Positions 19,966 through 30,190 of a stretch of DNA of 64,000 bases are shown here, one piece after another. This DNA is from an uncultured bacterium. GTDB taxonomy: Bacteria; Bacteroidota; Ignavibacteria; Kapaibacteriales; UBA2268. Below the pieces are notes generated by a model. That model ran no database searches and was not told where the DNA came from. It saw nothing but the letters and a program-made list of their open reading frames with translations. The DNA is taken from NCBI GenBank assembly GCA_942492935.1, contig OW818654.1, positions 3,301,113-3,365,112 of the forward strand, written 5' to 3'. Both the position numbers and the translations under genes were made by a program. The stretch's first letter is position 1. Each line of letters opens with the position of its first letter.

Positions 19966-20145
19966 AAATGAGATTTGAATTGAACTATTTTTTTTGAGAA
20001 AATTCTCGGAAACAAATTTACTTTATGCAACATACTGCACAAAATTATGCATTATTTTGTGCAGTTTATTGCTGATTATTAAGAATGCTCGTTAAATGGA
20101 ATTAATAAATTAAATCTAATTTAAAAATTTCAGAAGTGAAAAATA

Positions 20146-20191
20146 ATGCCCATCGAACTAAAAAATATGCCATCGCTGATTTTAGGCGATG
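20146..20191. repeat. CCATCG-pair motif, copy 3
   Basis: ATGCCCATCGAACTAAAAAATATGCCATCGCTGATTTTAGGCGATG; similarity to copy 2 continues about 60 bp further. Confidence 0.8.
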
Positions 20192-20576
20192 AAAATTATA
20201 ATTGAATTGAGCTAAGTTTATTGAGTTAATGAGAGATTCTCCAAAGAATAATATATTAGACAAAAGACGAGGTGGGATTTTCTACTAAACCATTATAATT
20301 CAAGTAGAACCGTTATCCTTGTCTGACTATAATTTCATATTAATACTTTTCGAACAAGCTTGAATGAGTATTTGAACAATACAATCTCGCCGAATTTGTC
20401 AAAGAATATATCAAAATATATTTTACAAATCCAAAGTTTTTTCACCTTATTACATTTTCTCAAGATTGGGGTTTAAACTAAATCAGAAAATTCATGTCTC
20501 ATATTTTTTTTAATTTTTATAATTCAAAAATATTTATTAATTTTACAATTGTATTTTTTGCTATCTTGAGGTTATT

Positions 20577-21764
20577 TTGCTCAATTATGACAAAATTCTT
20601 TTTGAATTCAGTTTAGAATCAATTGTAATCATTGATGTTTATGGTATTATTGTAGATGTAAATCCACAATGTGAAATACTTTTAAATAAGAAGAAAGCAA
20701 ATTTGAAAGGAGAGAATTTTTCAATATTTTTACAAAATAGAAACGAATTAGTAAATATATTATCCAAAATAACAGATGATGGCAATATTCGTGGTTTGAA
20801 AACAGTATTAAAAGGGAAGAACTTAAAAGAAAATCTTTTCATTTTAATCAATGCAACTCTATATCAAGTTCCTGAAACAAGCGAAACATATATTATTTTG
20901 TTTATTGAAGATATAACTCAGCAAAAAAAGTACGAAAGTGATTTAATTAACACAATTGACAGTCTGAAAATTTCTCGTGAAATAGCTGAAGAATATTCCC
21001 AAAATGTCATAACCTTAATGGAGCAAGTTGAGCAAAATCAATTAGAACTACAAGAGTTAAATGCAAGTAAAGATAAATTCTTTTCAATAATTGCACACGA
21101 CCTTAAAGGACCTCTTTCAGGAGCTACCGCTTTGCTTGACCTTGTTTTGAAAGACTTGGACCAATTAACTATTGATGAATTTAAAGAATATTTTATATTG
21201 GTACATGAATATATATCCGGAACTTATAAATTACTTGAAAACTTGTTGAGTTGGGCAAGGTTACAAAAAGGTTCAATGCCAAATAATCCAGATTTATTTT
21301 CATTACATTATGCTATAAATAATTCAATTGAATTATTGAAAGGAAATGCTGACCAAAAAGGCATTAATATAAAATTGGAAATGGACTCAGAATTAATGGT
21401 TTATGCAGATTCAAATATGATATTTACTGTTATAAGAAATTTACTCTCAAATGCTATTAAATTCACTCCCGAAAATGGTGAAATTTCTATTTTTGCTCAT
21501 ATTTTAGATGATAATCGAGTAATATGTGGTATTCAAGATAATGGTATTGGTATGACCGAAGAAGACAAGCAAAAACTATTCAAAATTGGAGTTCATCATA
21601 CTACGTTAGGAACGAAGAATGAAAAAGGAACTGGTTTAGGTTTGCTTTTATGTAAAGAATTAGTGGAAAAAAGTGGCGGTCAGATATGGGTAGATAGTGA
21701 AATCGGCGTTGGCACTTCATTTAATTTCACTATCCCAGCAAACCCACCATTTAAATTGGTTTAA
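20577..21764 (+). CDS. PAS-domain sensor histidine kinase (soluble)
   Basis: N-terminal PAS-like region; H-box IAHDLKGP; N-box NLLSNAIKF; DNGIG; GTGLGL; no transmembrane segment; TTG start. Confidence 0.9.
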   Translation: MLNYDKILFEFSLESIVIIDVYGIIVDVNPQCEILLNKKKANLKGENFSIFLQNRNELVNILSKITDDGNIRGLKTVLKGKNLKENLFILINATLYQVPETSETYIILFIEDITQQKKYESDLINTIDSLKISREIAEEYSQNVITLMEQVEQNQLELQELNASKDKFFSIIAHDLKGPLSGATALLDLVLKDLDQLTIDEFKEYFILVHEYISGTYKLLENLLSWARLQKGSMPNNPDLFSLHYAINNSIELLKGNADQKGINIKLEMDSELMVYADSNMIFTVIRNLLSNAIKFTPENGEISIFAHILDDNRVICGIQDNGIGMTEEDKQKLFKIGVHHTTLGTKNEKGTGLGLLLCKELVEKSGGQIWVDSEIGVGTSFNFTIPANPPFKLV

Positions 21765-22258
21765 TTTTTAATCAGTATCTCATACAAATCAACATCCCAA
21801 CTACTTATTGGAAATTCTATGATTTTGCCTATTTCTTGAGAATTTTTCAAGATTACCAATGTAGGAACTTTTAATATTGAATATGGAAGTTGAGTTCCAT
21901 TCGGTTCTTTTTTATCTCTATCAAGACCCCATATTTCAATTTTATCGTTCAAATTTGCTTTGTCAATCAATTTCATAATTTTGGGGACCTCACTTTCAGA
22001 ATCACCACACCAACTACCAGCAAAAAGTAAAAATGTAATATTATTAGCTTTGGAGAATTCTGATATTTCTGAAACTAAAAATTCATCTGGTATAAATTGT
22101 ACCGCTTCAAAATTTTTCCATTCAGATGCAACCTTCCAATTTTCCCAACTATATTTACCTGTAATTACTACTTTCTGTTTAACTGCAACTGTGCTTGAAC
22201 AAGAACTTAGAAAAAAGCCAATTATCAACACAATACTAAATAATCTAAATATCCCCAT
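21761..22258 (-). CDS. thioredoxin-like lipoprotein
   Basis: Lipobox LSSC; GSWCGDS (CxxS) and KVPT cis-Pro motif. Confidence 0.8.
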   Translation of the reverse strand: MGIFRLFSIVLIIGFFLSSCSSTVAVKQKVVITGKYSWENWKVASEWKNFEAVQFIPDEFLVSEISEFSKANNITFLLFAGSWCGDSESEVPKIMKLIDKANLNDKIEIWGLDRDKKEPNGTQLPYSILKVPTLVILKNSQEIGKIIEFPISSWDVDLYEILIKN

Positions 22259-22587
22259 TATATAATTCCATAAATGTTTAAAATTATCAATTCAAAAATA
22301 TTCAAAATTATTCAGAAAACAAATTAATATCATTTACTATTTAAATAATCGAGGATTTTACTAAACTAAATATTACATATTTTGCTTAATTCACCATTTA
22401 TAGTAAATTATAAAATTTATTGAAGTAATTATTTGAAATTTGAATGATTTGTTTTGCCATTTTGTTTACGATTGGCGGAATATATCTAATTTAAAAAATA
22501 AATTGTAACCACATTAAAATAATATGGAATTTTTGTTTTTTTTACAAATTCTGGAAATTACCATCGGGAATTCATGTTTGTAACAAG

Positions 22588-22662
22588 AAACCCCACCTAA
22601 CCTCCACAAGGAGAGGAATAATATGTAAAATCCTCCACTTTGGGAGGATTTAGGTGGGGTTT
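22588..22662. repeat. palindromic REP-like element (AAACCCCACCTAA arms)
   Basis: Perfect 13-bp IR with an internal CCTCC/GGAGG stem; relatives at 1844-1908 and 34927-34994. Confidence 0.75.
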
Positions 22663-22730
22663 ACAAATATTCAATCCAGCTGGAATTAAAAGAATATTAT
22701 AAAATATGTTTGAATGTATCTTGGTATAAG

Positions 22731-23405
22731 TTATTTAGATTGTTCTGTTTGAGTTATTCCAAAAATATCGTTTGGTTGAACACTAAATTTTTCTTTAAAT
22801 AAAAAAACAGTTGCAACAATAAATGCTACAAATCCCAAAAGAATCAAAGTTTGAGTTAAATTTGTTTTTTGAATGTCTTGTCTTGATTTTACATCGCAAA
22901 CTTCGCCTGGACAATATTGTGCTTTATCTTTATAAAATAATGAATATAATTTGCAACCAATACAAATTCCGAATACTGATTCAAAAAATAGAAATATTAG
23001 ACATATCAAACAAATTATTCCAGTTATTGGACTCATTGCGTTAAAAATAACCAAATGAAAAAACATAATTACAGCTAATACCAAGCCAATTATCCAAGCA
23101 AATTTTTTCTGTTTTGCTCCTACATATTCAGGTACTTGATTTCTTACAATTAAACGTCCTAATATTAATGAAGGAGCATATTTCGGATTTACTAAAACAC
23201 GAATTATAAAATCCACAAAAAATATAATTACAGCAAATTTCAATAATGTGAAATTGAATTGAGAACCTGCCTGATTGATGGCAATAAACATAAGTAAAAA
23301 AAACATACCTGCACCTGCTCGAACTTCTCTTTCATTAAGAACAGGAATAGAATATCCATTTACATCTTCACCGAATTGGAAAATTTTTTTCATTGGCATT
23401 ACCAA
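22731..23405 (-). CDS. DUF4395-family membrane protein
   Basis: LNEREVRAGAG, KKFAWIIG, ESVFGICIGCKLY. Confidence 0.8.
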   Translation of the reverse strand: MVMPMKKIFQFGEDVNGYSIPVLNEREVRAGAGMFFLLMFIAINQAGSQFNFTLLKFAVIIFFVDFIIRVLVNPKYAPSLILGRLIVRNQVPEYVGAKQKKFAWIIGLVLAVIMFFHLVIFNAMSPITGIICLICLIFLFFESVFGICIGCKLYSLFYKDKAQYCPGEVCDVKSRQDIQKTNLTQTLILLGFVAFIVATVFLFKEKFSVQPNDIFGITQTEQSK

Positions 23406-23814
23406 AAATAATTAAAAATTAAAAATTTATTTCACTAAATTATTTAAATACATAAAGAAATTTATATTACGCAAATGAATAATTTTTGTTTCAGTTCAGT
23501 ATTGAAATAATCAAAATTTTACCAGTTTTCAAAATGCATTCACTGTACATTTAATTTGAATCATACTGAGCAGTTGCTTTTAAATTTAAGCAGTTACAAT
23601 TCAATTAAAAAAATGCAATTAATAAATTTAATAAATTTTCATAATAAGTTTACATTATTTGTAACTTTTTTCAAAAAAAAGGTTTAATACAATGAGGGCA
23701 AATGCAATTTTTAAAATTGTTTTTGTTAATTTTATAATTTCAGTTTTTGCAAAGATTAAATAATAAATAAATATGATAAGTAATTGTTTTAATGATTAGT
23801 TTCAAGGTGATTTA

Positions 23815-26800
23815 ATGAAAAAAAACGGAATACTAAATTTCGTTATGGCATTTTTAATTCTGGCTGTAGCCGGATTTAATGCTAACGCACAGGATTTTTT
23901 CGGGCAATTAACACATCCATCAACAAGTGATGCAAAATTCCTAAAAATAATGCCTACTGGCAAGATGTATGTAGGTATTATGGGAGTTGGTATATTTTCA
24001 TCTACTGATGAAGGTGGTACATGGGTTTCAAATTCCAACGGTTTGACAAATAAATTCGTAACAGACCTTACTTTAAAAGGTTCTGATATGTTTATTTCAA
24101 CTTTGGGAGGCGGTATATTCAAAAGTACAAACTATGGTTCGGACTGGTTTGCAACTAACAACGGACTATCTGAATTAAGAGTAAATACAATTTTCACATA
24201 TCCAAACGGAACAATATTTGCAGGCACTTATGGTAATGGTGTTTTTCTATCTGTAGATAATGGATTGACTTGGAAAGAATCTAATAAGGGATTATTTTGG
24301 AAGGATATTACATCTTTTGCAATGTCTAAAGCTGGATTTCTAATTGCTGGTACTAATGGTGGAGGCATATATCGCACTCAAGATACTGGCAAAACTTGGA
24401 TAAGAAGTAGTTCAGGTTTAAAGAATATGTTTATTACTAAACTTAAATCCAACAATACAAATTCTTCAGTTTTTGCAGGAACAAATGGCAGAGGTGTATA
24501 TCAATCTGCAAATGATGGTATATCCTGGGCAGAGTTGGATACTACTTTTTTCTATTCTCATTCACCAGATACTGTTCCTTTACCTGATTTAAATGTTGCA
24601 TCTATCGCATTTAACAGTAAAAATGAACTTGTATTTAGCAGTCGTTATGGCGGTATTTTCTTTTGGGATAATGATACATATTATTCGTTTAGAGCATCGG
24701 ACTTTATGGGAAATCCTGCTGTAGCAATGGATAGACATTCAAATGGTACACTTTATGGGACTTATCCTTCAAATACAATAATGTATTCAACAAATAATGG
24801 TGAAATATGGAAGGAAAAAAATGGTCCTGTTGTAGTTTGGAAAAATCCTAAAATATTTGCTGCGAAACAGAGTACTTTATTTTTATTTGATTCTACTGGT
24901 GCAATATTTCGTTCATTAGACTCTGGAAAAACTTGGTCTTCAGTAAAAAATTCTACTAAAAGAATTAATCAAATGTGTCTTGACTCAATCGGCAATATTT
25001 TTGCTGCTGCTGATGATGGTTTATGGAAATCATCAACCGGAGGAGCAAGTTGGGATAAAGTATTTATGAGTAATGATACTACAATTATGCAAGTTCAAAC
25101 TGCTCCGAATGGCTATATTTGGACTTCAACAAGGTATTACAAAGTTATAGAAAATGGACCTCCTAATCCACCAACAATTATTGATATTAAAAGAATTTTT
25201 TACTCCTTAGATAATGGAATTAATTGGATTCAAGCTCCAAATCTTGTTATTTACAAAGATGACCCCGCTCCTAAAGTTCTTGGAATTAATAAAAATGGAG
25301 ATGTTTATGTTTCTCATGGGGATAAGTTCTGGCGGTCAAAAAATAACGGAGAATTTTGGACATTGTCGGCAAAAGCAACTTCAAATGAAATTACTGGTTT
25401 AGGTTTTACTTCATCTGGTGCAATTTTTGTAACTTGTACAGAAGGTGTGTTTAGGTCAACAAATCTTGGAAATACTTTCGATTCAATTCCAATTAAATCA
25501 TTCAATGCAAATAAAATCAATATCACAAAGAATGATGAAATTTACGTTCATTTTTCATATAATTTTATTGGCTCAAAAGAAGCATGGGCAGTAATGCGTT
25601 CTACTGATTTTGGAAATAAATGGCAAATGTTGAATAATTCATATAATGCCGAATTGGCTCAAGAAATATCTTCAAGTCCTGATGGTGATGTTTATGTTTC
25701 ACTCCAATCTGGTTCTTTGATGAAAAGAGTTAATCCAACTACTATTGCTGCACCTACCTTAGTAGATGTTCAAAAAGACCAAAAGAATGTAGTATTAAAT
25801 CCAACTTTCAAATGGCAATCTGTTTCAAAAGCTGAGCTTTACCAAATTGAAGTTTCTGAATATGATGATTTTGCTTATTCTTGGGAAACAATGACCCAGG
25901 CAGGAACTGAACATACTATCCAAAGAAATCTAATGTATAATACTAAGTATTATTGGAGAGTTAGAGGAAAATATCATGCATCAAACGGTGCTTGGTCCGA
26001 AACAAGAGCATTTACAACTATGCTTGAAGCACCATTCCTAAAATCTCCTGCTGATGATGCTATTGGCGTTCCTGTAAATGCAAAACTTGTTTGGTTTAAA
26101 ACAAATGGAGCTACCAAATATGATATACAAGTAGCTAAAGATTCTTCTTTTGCTTCGCCAGTATTTGTTAGTAATGGATTTGCTGATTCAACAATTATTA
26201 CAACACAATTAGAAGGTCTCACAAATTACTATTGGAGAGTAAAAGCTAAAAGTGATGACGCAGAAAGTTATTGGTCTGAAATTTGGTCATTCAAAACAGT
26301 TCTTGGTCCTCCAATTTTGATTGCTCCTTTAGATAGTGCTGTAGATTTAGATATTAATATAACCTTTAGTTGGCATCCAGCAAAGATGGCAAAACTTTAT
26401 TTAATACAATTTTCTGAATTTAATGATTTTGTAATAAATAATGAATATGTAGTAACTGATACTACATACAATTCTTCTGATTTTAATTACTTCAAATCTT
26501 ACTTCTGGAGAGTAAGGTCAACAAATGATGAAGGTGCGAGTGATTGGTCAGAAGTTCGTACTTTCACTACTGGTTTTGAACCACCATTGTTAATTACACC
26601 AGCAAATAATGCAACAAATATTGAAATAAATACAAAATATGTTTGGCAAAAACTAACAATAGCAGATAATTATCAAATTCAAGTTTCAAAAGATGAAAAT
26701 TTTGCTGATATGTTGCTTGATGAAAATACACAGAATGTGGACACACATAATGGAATTACACTTGATAATTATGAATATTATTGGTGGAGAATAAGAGCTA

Positions 26801-27699
26801 AAACTTCTTCAAATACAGGAGTATGGGCTAAAGCGAATAAATTTAAAACCATTGTTGGTGTAATTAGTTTACGAATTCCTGAAAACAATGCTTTAAATCA
26901 ACCGATTGACCTTGATTTTACTTGGTTTAATACCAAAGGTGCTGTTAAATATCACTTACAAGTAGCAAATGATTCGAAATTTGAAGATTTGATTTTCTCT
27001 CAGGATACCTTATCTGATATAAGTATGAATTTGAATATACTTCTACCTGGTAAAACTTACCATTGGAGAGTAAGAGCCAAAAGTAATGAAGGTTTTGGTG
27101 CTTGGTCAGAAGTAAGAACATTTACAACAGGAGCAAACATTGTAGTTCTTAAAGCACCTTTAAACAATATAACTATTGATAAAAAATCTGTAACTTTTGA
27201 ATGGGGAGCTATTCCAAATGCAACATTATATCATTTGGTTGTATCAGAGAATTCTGATTTAAGTAATCCAGTTTTGGATAAAAATGATATAGATTTGTTG
27301 TATTATACTTACAATGATTTAGAATGGGATAAAACATATTATTGGCACGTAAAAGGAATTATAACAGGTGAAGAAACGCAATGGTCTCAAACTTGGTCAT
27401 TCATTGCAAAAGAAGGCGGTTCGGTGTTTGATAGCAAGTTAATTTCTGATATGACAATTTCACCTAATCCAGCTATTGAATATTTGAATACAACATTTAA
27501 TTTGACAGAAAGTTCTAATGTTACATTGAAAATTACAGATATTAATGGCAGAGATTTGGTTGTATTGCCTCTCGGATTTATCAATTCAGGAATGAATAAA
27601 TATGAGCTTGATGTGAGAAATTTAAGCTCTGGTACTTTTTTCGTTCAGTTGGTAACTTCGCAAGGCATTGAAATTAAAGAAATTAAAATTGTTAAGTAA
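23815..27699 (+). CDS. T9SS-sorted surface protein: BNR/Asp-box beta-propellers + 6 FnIII-like repeats + CTD
   Basis: Many SxDxGxTW Asp-boxes; six Y(Y/F/W/H)W(R/H)(V/I) repeats; C-terminal ISPNPA...LSSGTFFVQL. Confidence 0.85.
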   Translation: MKKNGILNFVMAFLILAVAGFNANAQDFFGQLTHPSTSDAKFLKIMPTGKMYVGIMGVGIFSSTDEGGTWVSNSNGLTNKFVTDLTLKGSDMFISTLGGGIFKSTNYGSDWFATNNGLSELRVNTIFTYPNGTIFAGTYGNGVFLSVDNGLTWKESNKGLFWKDITSFAMSKAGFLIAGTNGGGIYRTQDTGKTWIRSSSGLKNMFITKLKSNNTNSSVFAGTNGRGVYQSANDGISWAELDTTFFYSHSPDTVPLPDLNVASIAFNSKNELVFSSRYGGIFFWDNDTYYSFRASDFMGNPAVAMDRHSNGTLYGTYPSNTIMYSTNNGEIWKEKNGPVVVWKNPKIFAAKQSTLFLFDSTGAIFRSLDSGKTWSSVKNSTKRINQMCLDSIGNIFAAADDGLWKSSTGGASWDKVFMSNDTTIMQVQTAPNGYIWTSTRYYKVIENGPPNPPTIIDIKRIFYSLDNGINWIQAPNLVIYKDDPAPKVLGINKNGDVYVSHGDKFWRSKNNGEFWTLSAKATSNEITGLGFTSSGAIFVTCTEGVFRSTNLGNTFDSIPIKSFNANKINITKNDEIYVHFSYNFIGSKEAWAVMRSTDFGNKWQMLNNSYNAELAQEISSSPDGDVYVSLQSGSLMKRVNPTTIAAPTLVDVQKDQKNVVLNPTFKWQSVSKAELYQIEVSEYDDFAYSWETMTQAGTEHTIQRNLMYNTKYYWRVRGKYHASNGAWSETRAFTTMLEAPFLKSPADDAIGVPVNAKLVWFKTNGATKYDIQVAKDSSFASPVFVSNGFADSTIITTQLEGLTNYYWRVKAKSDDAESYWSEIWSFKTVLGPPILIAPLDSAVDLDINITFSWHPAKMAKLYLIQFSEFNDFVINNEYVVTDTTYNSSDFNYFKSYFWRVRSTNDEGASDWSEVRTFTTGFEPPLLITPANNATNIEINTKYVWQKLTIADNYQIQVSKDENFADMLLDENTQNVDTHNGITLDNYEYYWWRIRAKTSSNTGVWAKANKFKTIVGVISLRIPENNALNQPIDLDFTWFNTKGAVKYHLQVANDSKFEDLIFSQDTLSDISMNLNILLPGKTYHWRVRAKSNEGFGAWSEVRTFTTGANIVVLKAPLNNITIDKKSVTFEWGAIPNATLYHLVVSENSDLSNPVLDKNDIDLLYYTYNDLEWDKTYYWHVKGIITGEETQWSQTWSFIAKEGGSVFDSKLISDMTISPNPAIEYLNTTFNLTESSNVTLKITDINGRDLVVLPLGFINSGMNKYELDVRNLSSGTFFVQLVTSQGIEIKEIKIVK

Positions 27700-27731
27700 C
27701 GTTTTTCGATTTCAAGTGTTATTATAGTTGC

Positions 27732-27839
27732 AGGGGATGCAATTTTGTTCTTTCTTTTTTGAAAATATTTAAATAGGCAGATTTTAAATCTGCTTATTTT
27801 CAAAAAAAATAAAAATTGTTCTTTGATGTTGCATCCCCT
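27732..27839. other. 108-nt nested inverted repeat (long hairpin)
   Basis: Three stacked perfect stems: AGGGGATGCAA/TTGCATCCCCT, TTTTTTGAAAATA/TATTTTCAAAAAA, GCAGATTT/AAATCTGC. Confidence 0.7.
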
Positions 27840-27917
27840 CATTATTTAAAAAATTTTCTTTGATTATATGATAAAAAACCGTTAATTTGGAACTTGATTA
27901 AAACTTAAAATGGATAT

Positions 27918-28682
27918 ATGAGTTTTATAAAAAATTATATATTGAAGATAGCTATTATTTCGGCTTTTATAGTCGGGTTCTATTCTTGTGAAAATATTTC
28001 AACTCCATTACCTGATTCTTCAGTTTTAAAATTAAAAACAGAAAAAAAATGGAAAGTTGACCCTCAAAATGATAATCGTCTTTATGTAGTAAAAGTAAAA
28101 CAATATGACATTATTGGTAATATGGTATTTTCTGAAGAATATAATTCTGATGGAAATGTTAATTCCCAATCAACCTACACTTACAATGATTTAACAGGTT
28201 CTAAAGAAGAGAAAATCATTTATAATGATGACGGTACTACAAAAAATAATCTAATAATTGAATATACTTATAACGAAAATAAAAAAGTAACTAAAAAAGT
28301 TGAGTATGATAGTGCGGGTAAAATTTCATCAGTTTTTGAATATAATTATGATTCAAATGGAAATTTAGTCCGTAAAGATGAAAAAAATTCTAATGGAAAT
28401 TTGCACACAGTCAATTATGATTATACTTATAATAACAACGGTGATTTAATTGAAAGAAAAATTATCAACAATGGTACATTAGTAAATCGCGATAGTCTAT
28501 ATTATAATTCATCACAAAACAGCTTTGATGTTATAAATTTAAACCATACTACTGGTCTAATAGAAAGTAAAACTTCTTATATTTATAATAATCAAGGATT
28601 AATTCTAACCGAAACTGAATTAAATTCAAATGGTGCAGTTTTGAATAAGTACATTTATGAGTATTTGTATTATTCTAAGTAG
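27918..28682 (+). CDS. lipoprotein with YD/RHS-like repeats
   Basis: Lipobox FYSC; recurring Y.YD/N..G.L motifs. Confidence 0.65.
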   Translation: MSFIKNYILKIAIISAFIVGFYSCENISTPLPDSSVLKLKTEKKWKVDPQNDNRLYVVKVKQYDIIGNMVFSEEYNSDGNVNSQSTYTYNDLTGSKEEKIIYNDDGTTKNNLIIEYTYNENKKVTKKVEYDSAGKISSVFEYNYDSNGNLVRKDEKNSNGNLHTVNYDYTYNNNGDLIERKIINNGTLVNRDSLYYNSSQNSFDVINLNHTTGLIESKTSYIYNNQGLILTETELNSNGAVLNKYIYEYLYYSK

Positions 28683-28687
28683 CATTT

Positions 28688-30016
28688 ATGATTGTTTTAA
28701 AATTTGGTGGCACTTCTGTAGCTAATTCCATTTCAATGACACAAACCGGCAAAGTTGTGTCCAATCAAATTAATTTAAAACCAATAGTCATTCTATCTGC
28801 TTGTTCAGGTATCACTAATAAATTAATTCAAGTTACCCAATTATCTGCAAACCATGGATTTGAACACGCTAAATACTTATATGATGAAATTTATTCTCAT
28901 CATATAAATTTAATTAATGAATTAATTATTGATAATTATCATAAAAACTCTGCATTAAATAAATCAAATTTACTTTTGAACAAACTTCAAGAAATTCTTA
29001 CTGGTATTGGCTTACTTAATGAAAATAGTCCTCAAATGGCTGACGAGGTTCTTTCTTTTGGAGAACTATTATCAAGTACAATTTTTAACATTTACTTAAA
29101 TTCCATAGGTATCAAATCAAAATTTATAGAATCAAGCTCAGTTATCAAAACAAATAGTAATTTTAATTCTGCAATTGTTGACTTTGATTTAACAAACAAA
29201 TTATTAAATGAAAGTATCTTGCACTTATTTAGTGAATATGATGTTATTGTATCTCAAGGTTTTATTGGTTCAAATAAGCAAAATAAAATAACTACACTTG
29301 GAAGAGGTGGTTCAGATTATTCTGCTTCTGTATTTGCTGCAGGTTTAAATGCCGATGAAATTCAAATCTGGACAGATGTATCTGGTGTAATGACTGCTGA
29401 CCCAAATCTATTAACAAACGTAAAAACAATACCATTTATGACAGCTGATGAGATAAGTAGTTTGTCATTTTTTGGAGCAAAGGTATTGCATCCTTTAACA
29501 ATAGTACCAGCAATGCAAAAAAATATTCCAGTTAAAGTACTAAACACATTTGCACCTGACAGCGAATTTACTACAATTTTGAATAAAATTTCTGAATCTT
29601 ACAAATTGAATTCGTTAATATTAAAAAAAGATTGTTTGCAATTTGAAATTGATTCTACTTTTCAACAATCTACAATCATCCAAAAGAGATTTGTTGATAC
29701 TAATTTTAATATTTTGAATACAGTTTATCAGAATGGGAAACTATATCTTTTAACTGATAAATCAGATAATATTGATTTGCTTCAAGACTTTGAATTTAAT
29801 GTAAAAAAAAGTGATTTGATAATTATTTGTGGTAATAATTTAAATAAAACTAAAATATTGGATATTCGACAATTTTTTGAATTTGATGCTATAAACGATG
29901 TACAAATTCAAATTTATAATCACAGCAACAATGCTATCATATTTGCCGTTGAAAGTAAATTTTCCATCATTTTAGCTCATCATTTTCATGATATTATTCT
30001 TGAATTTCAAAACTAA
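28688..30016 (+). CDS. lysC: aspartate kinase
   Basis: VLKFGGTSV, SFGELLS, TTLGRGGSDYSA, WTDVSGVMTADP, GAKVLHP. Confidence 0.9.
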   Translation: MIVLKFGGTSVANSISMTQTGKVVSNQINLKPIVILSACSGITNKLIQVTQLSANHGFEHAKYLYDEIYSHHINLINELIIDNYHKNSALNKSNLLLNKLQEILTGIGLLNENSPQMADEVLSFGELLSSTIFNIYLNSIGIKSKFIESSSVIKTNSNFNSAIVDFDLTNKLLNESILHLFSEYDVIVSQGFIGSNKQNKITTLGRGGSDYSASVFAAGLNADEIQIWTDVSGVMTADPNLLTNVKTIPFMTADEISSLSFFGAKVLHPLTIVPAMQKNIPVKVLNTFAPDSEFTTILNKISESYKLNSLILKKDCLQFEIDSTFQQSTIIQKRFVDTNFNILNTVYQNGKLYLLTDKSDNIDLLQDFEFNVKKSDLIIICGNNLNKTKILDIRQFFEFDAINDVQIQIYNHSNNAIIFAVESKFSIILAHHFHDIILEFQN

Positions 30017-30190
30017 AATTTGTTGTCGAAAATAAAAAAATATTAAATTCATAGAAAGAAAATACCAGCTATATTTTTGTAAGAAAATTCTAAAATTAAA
30101 AATAATTTTAAAATAAATTAATCTATTATTGGTTAATAATAAATTGATTTAGAAAATTTGTTTTTTTATTAATACTTACGGAGTAATTCC

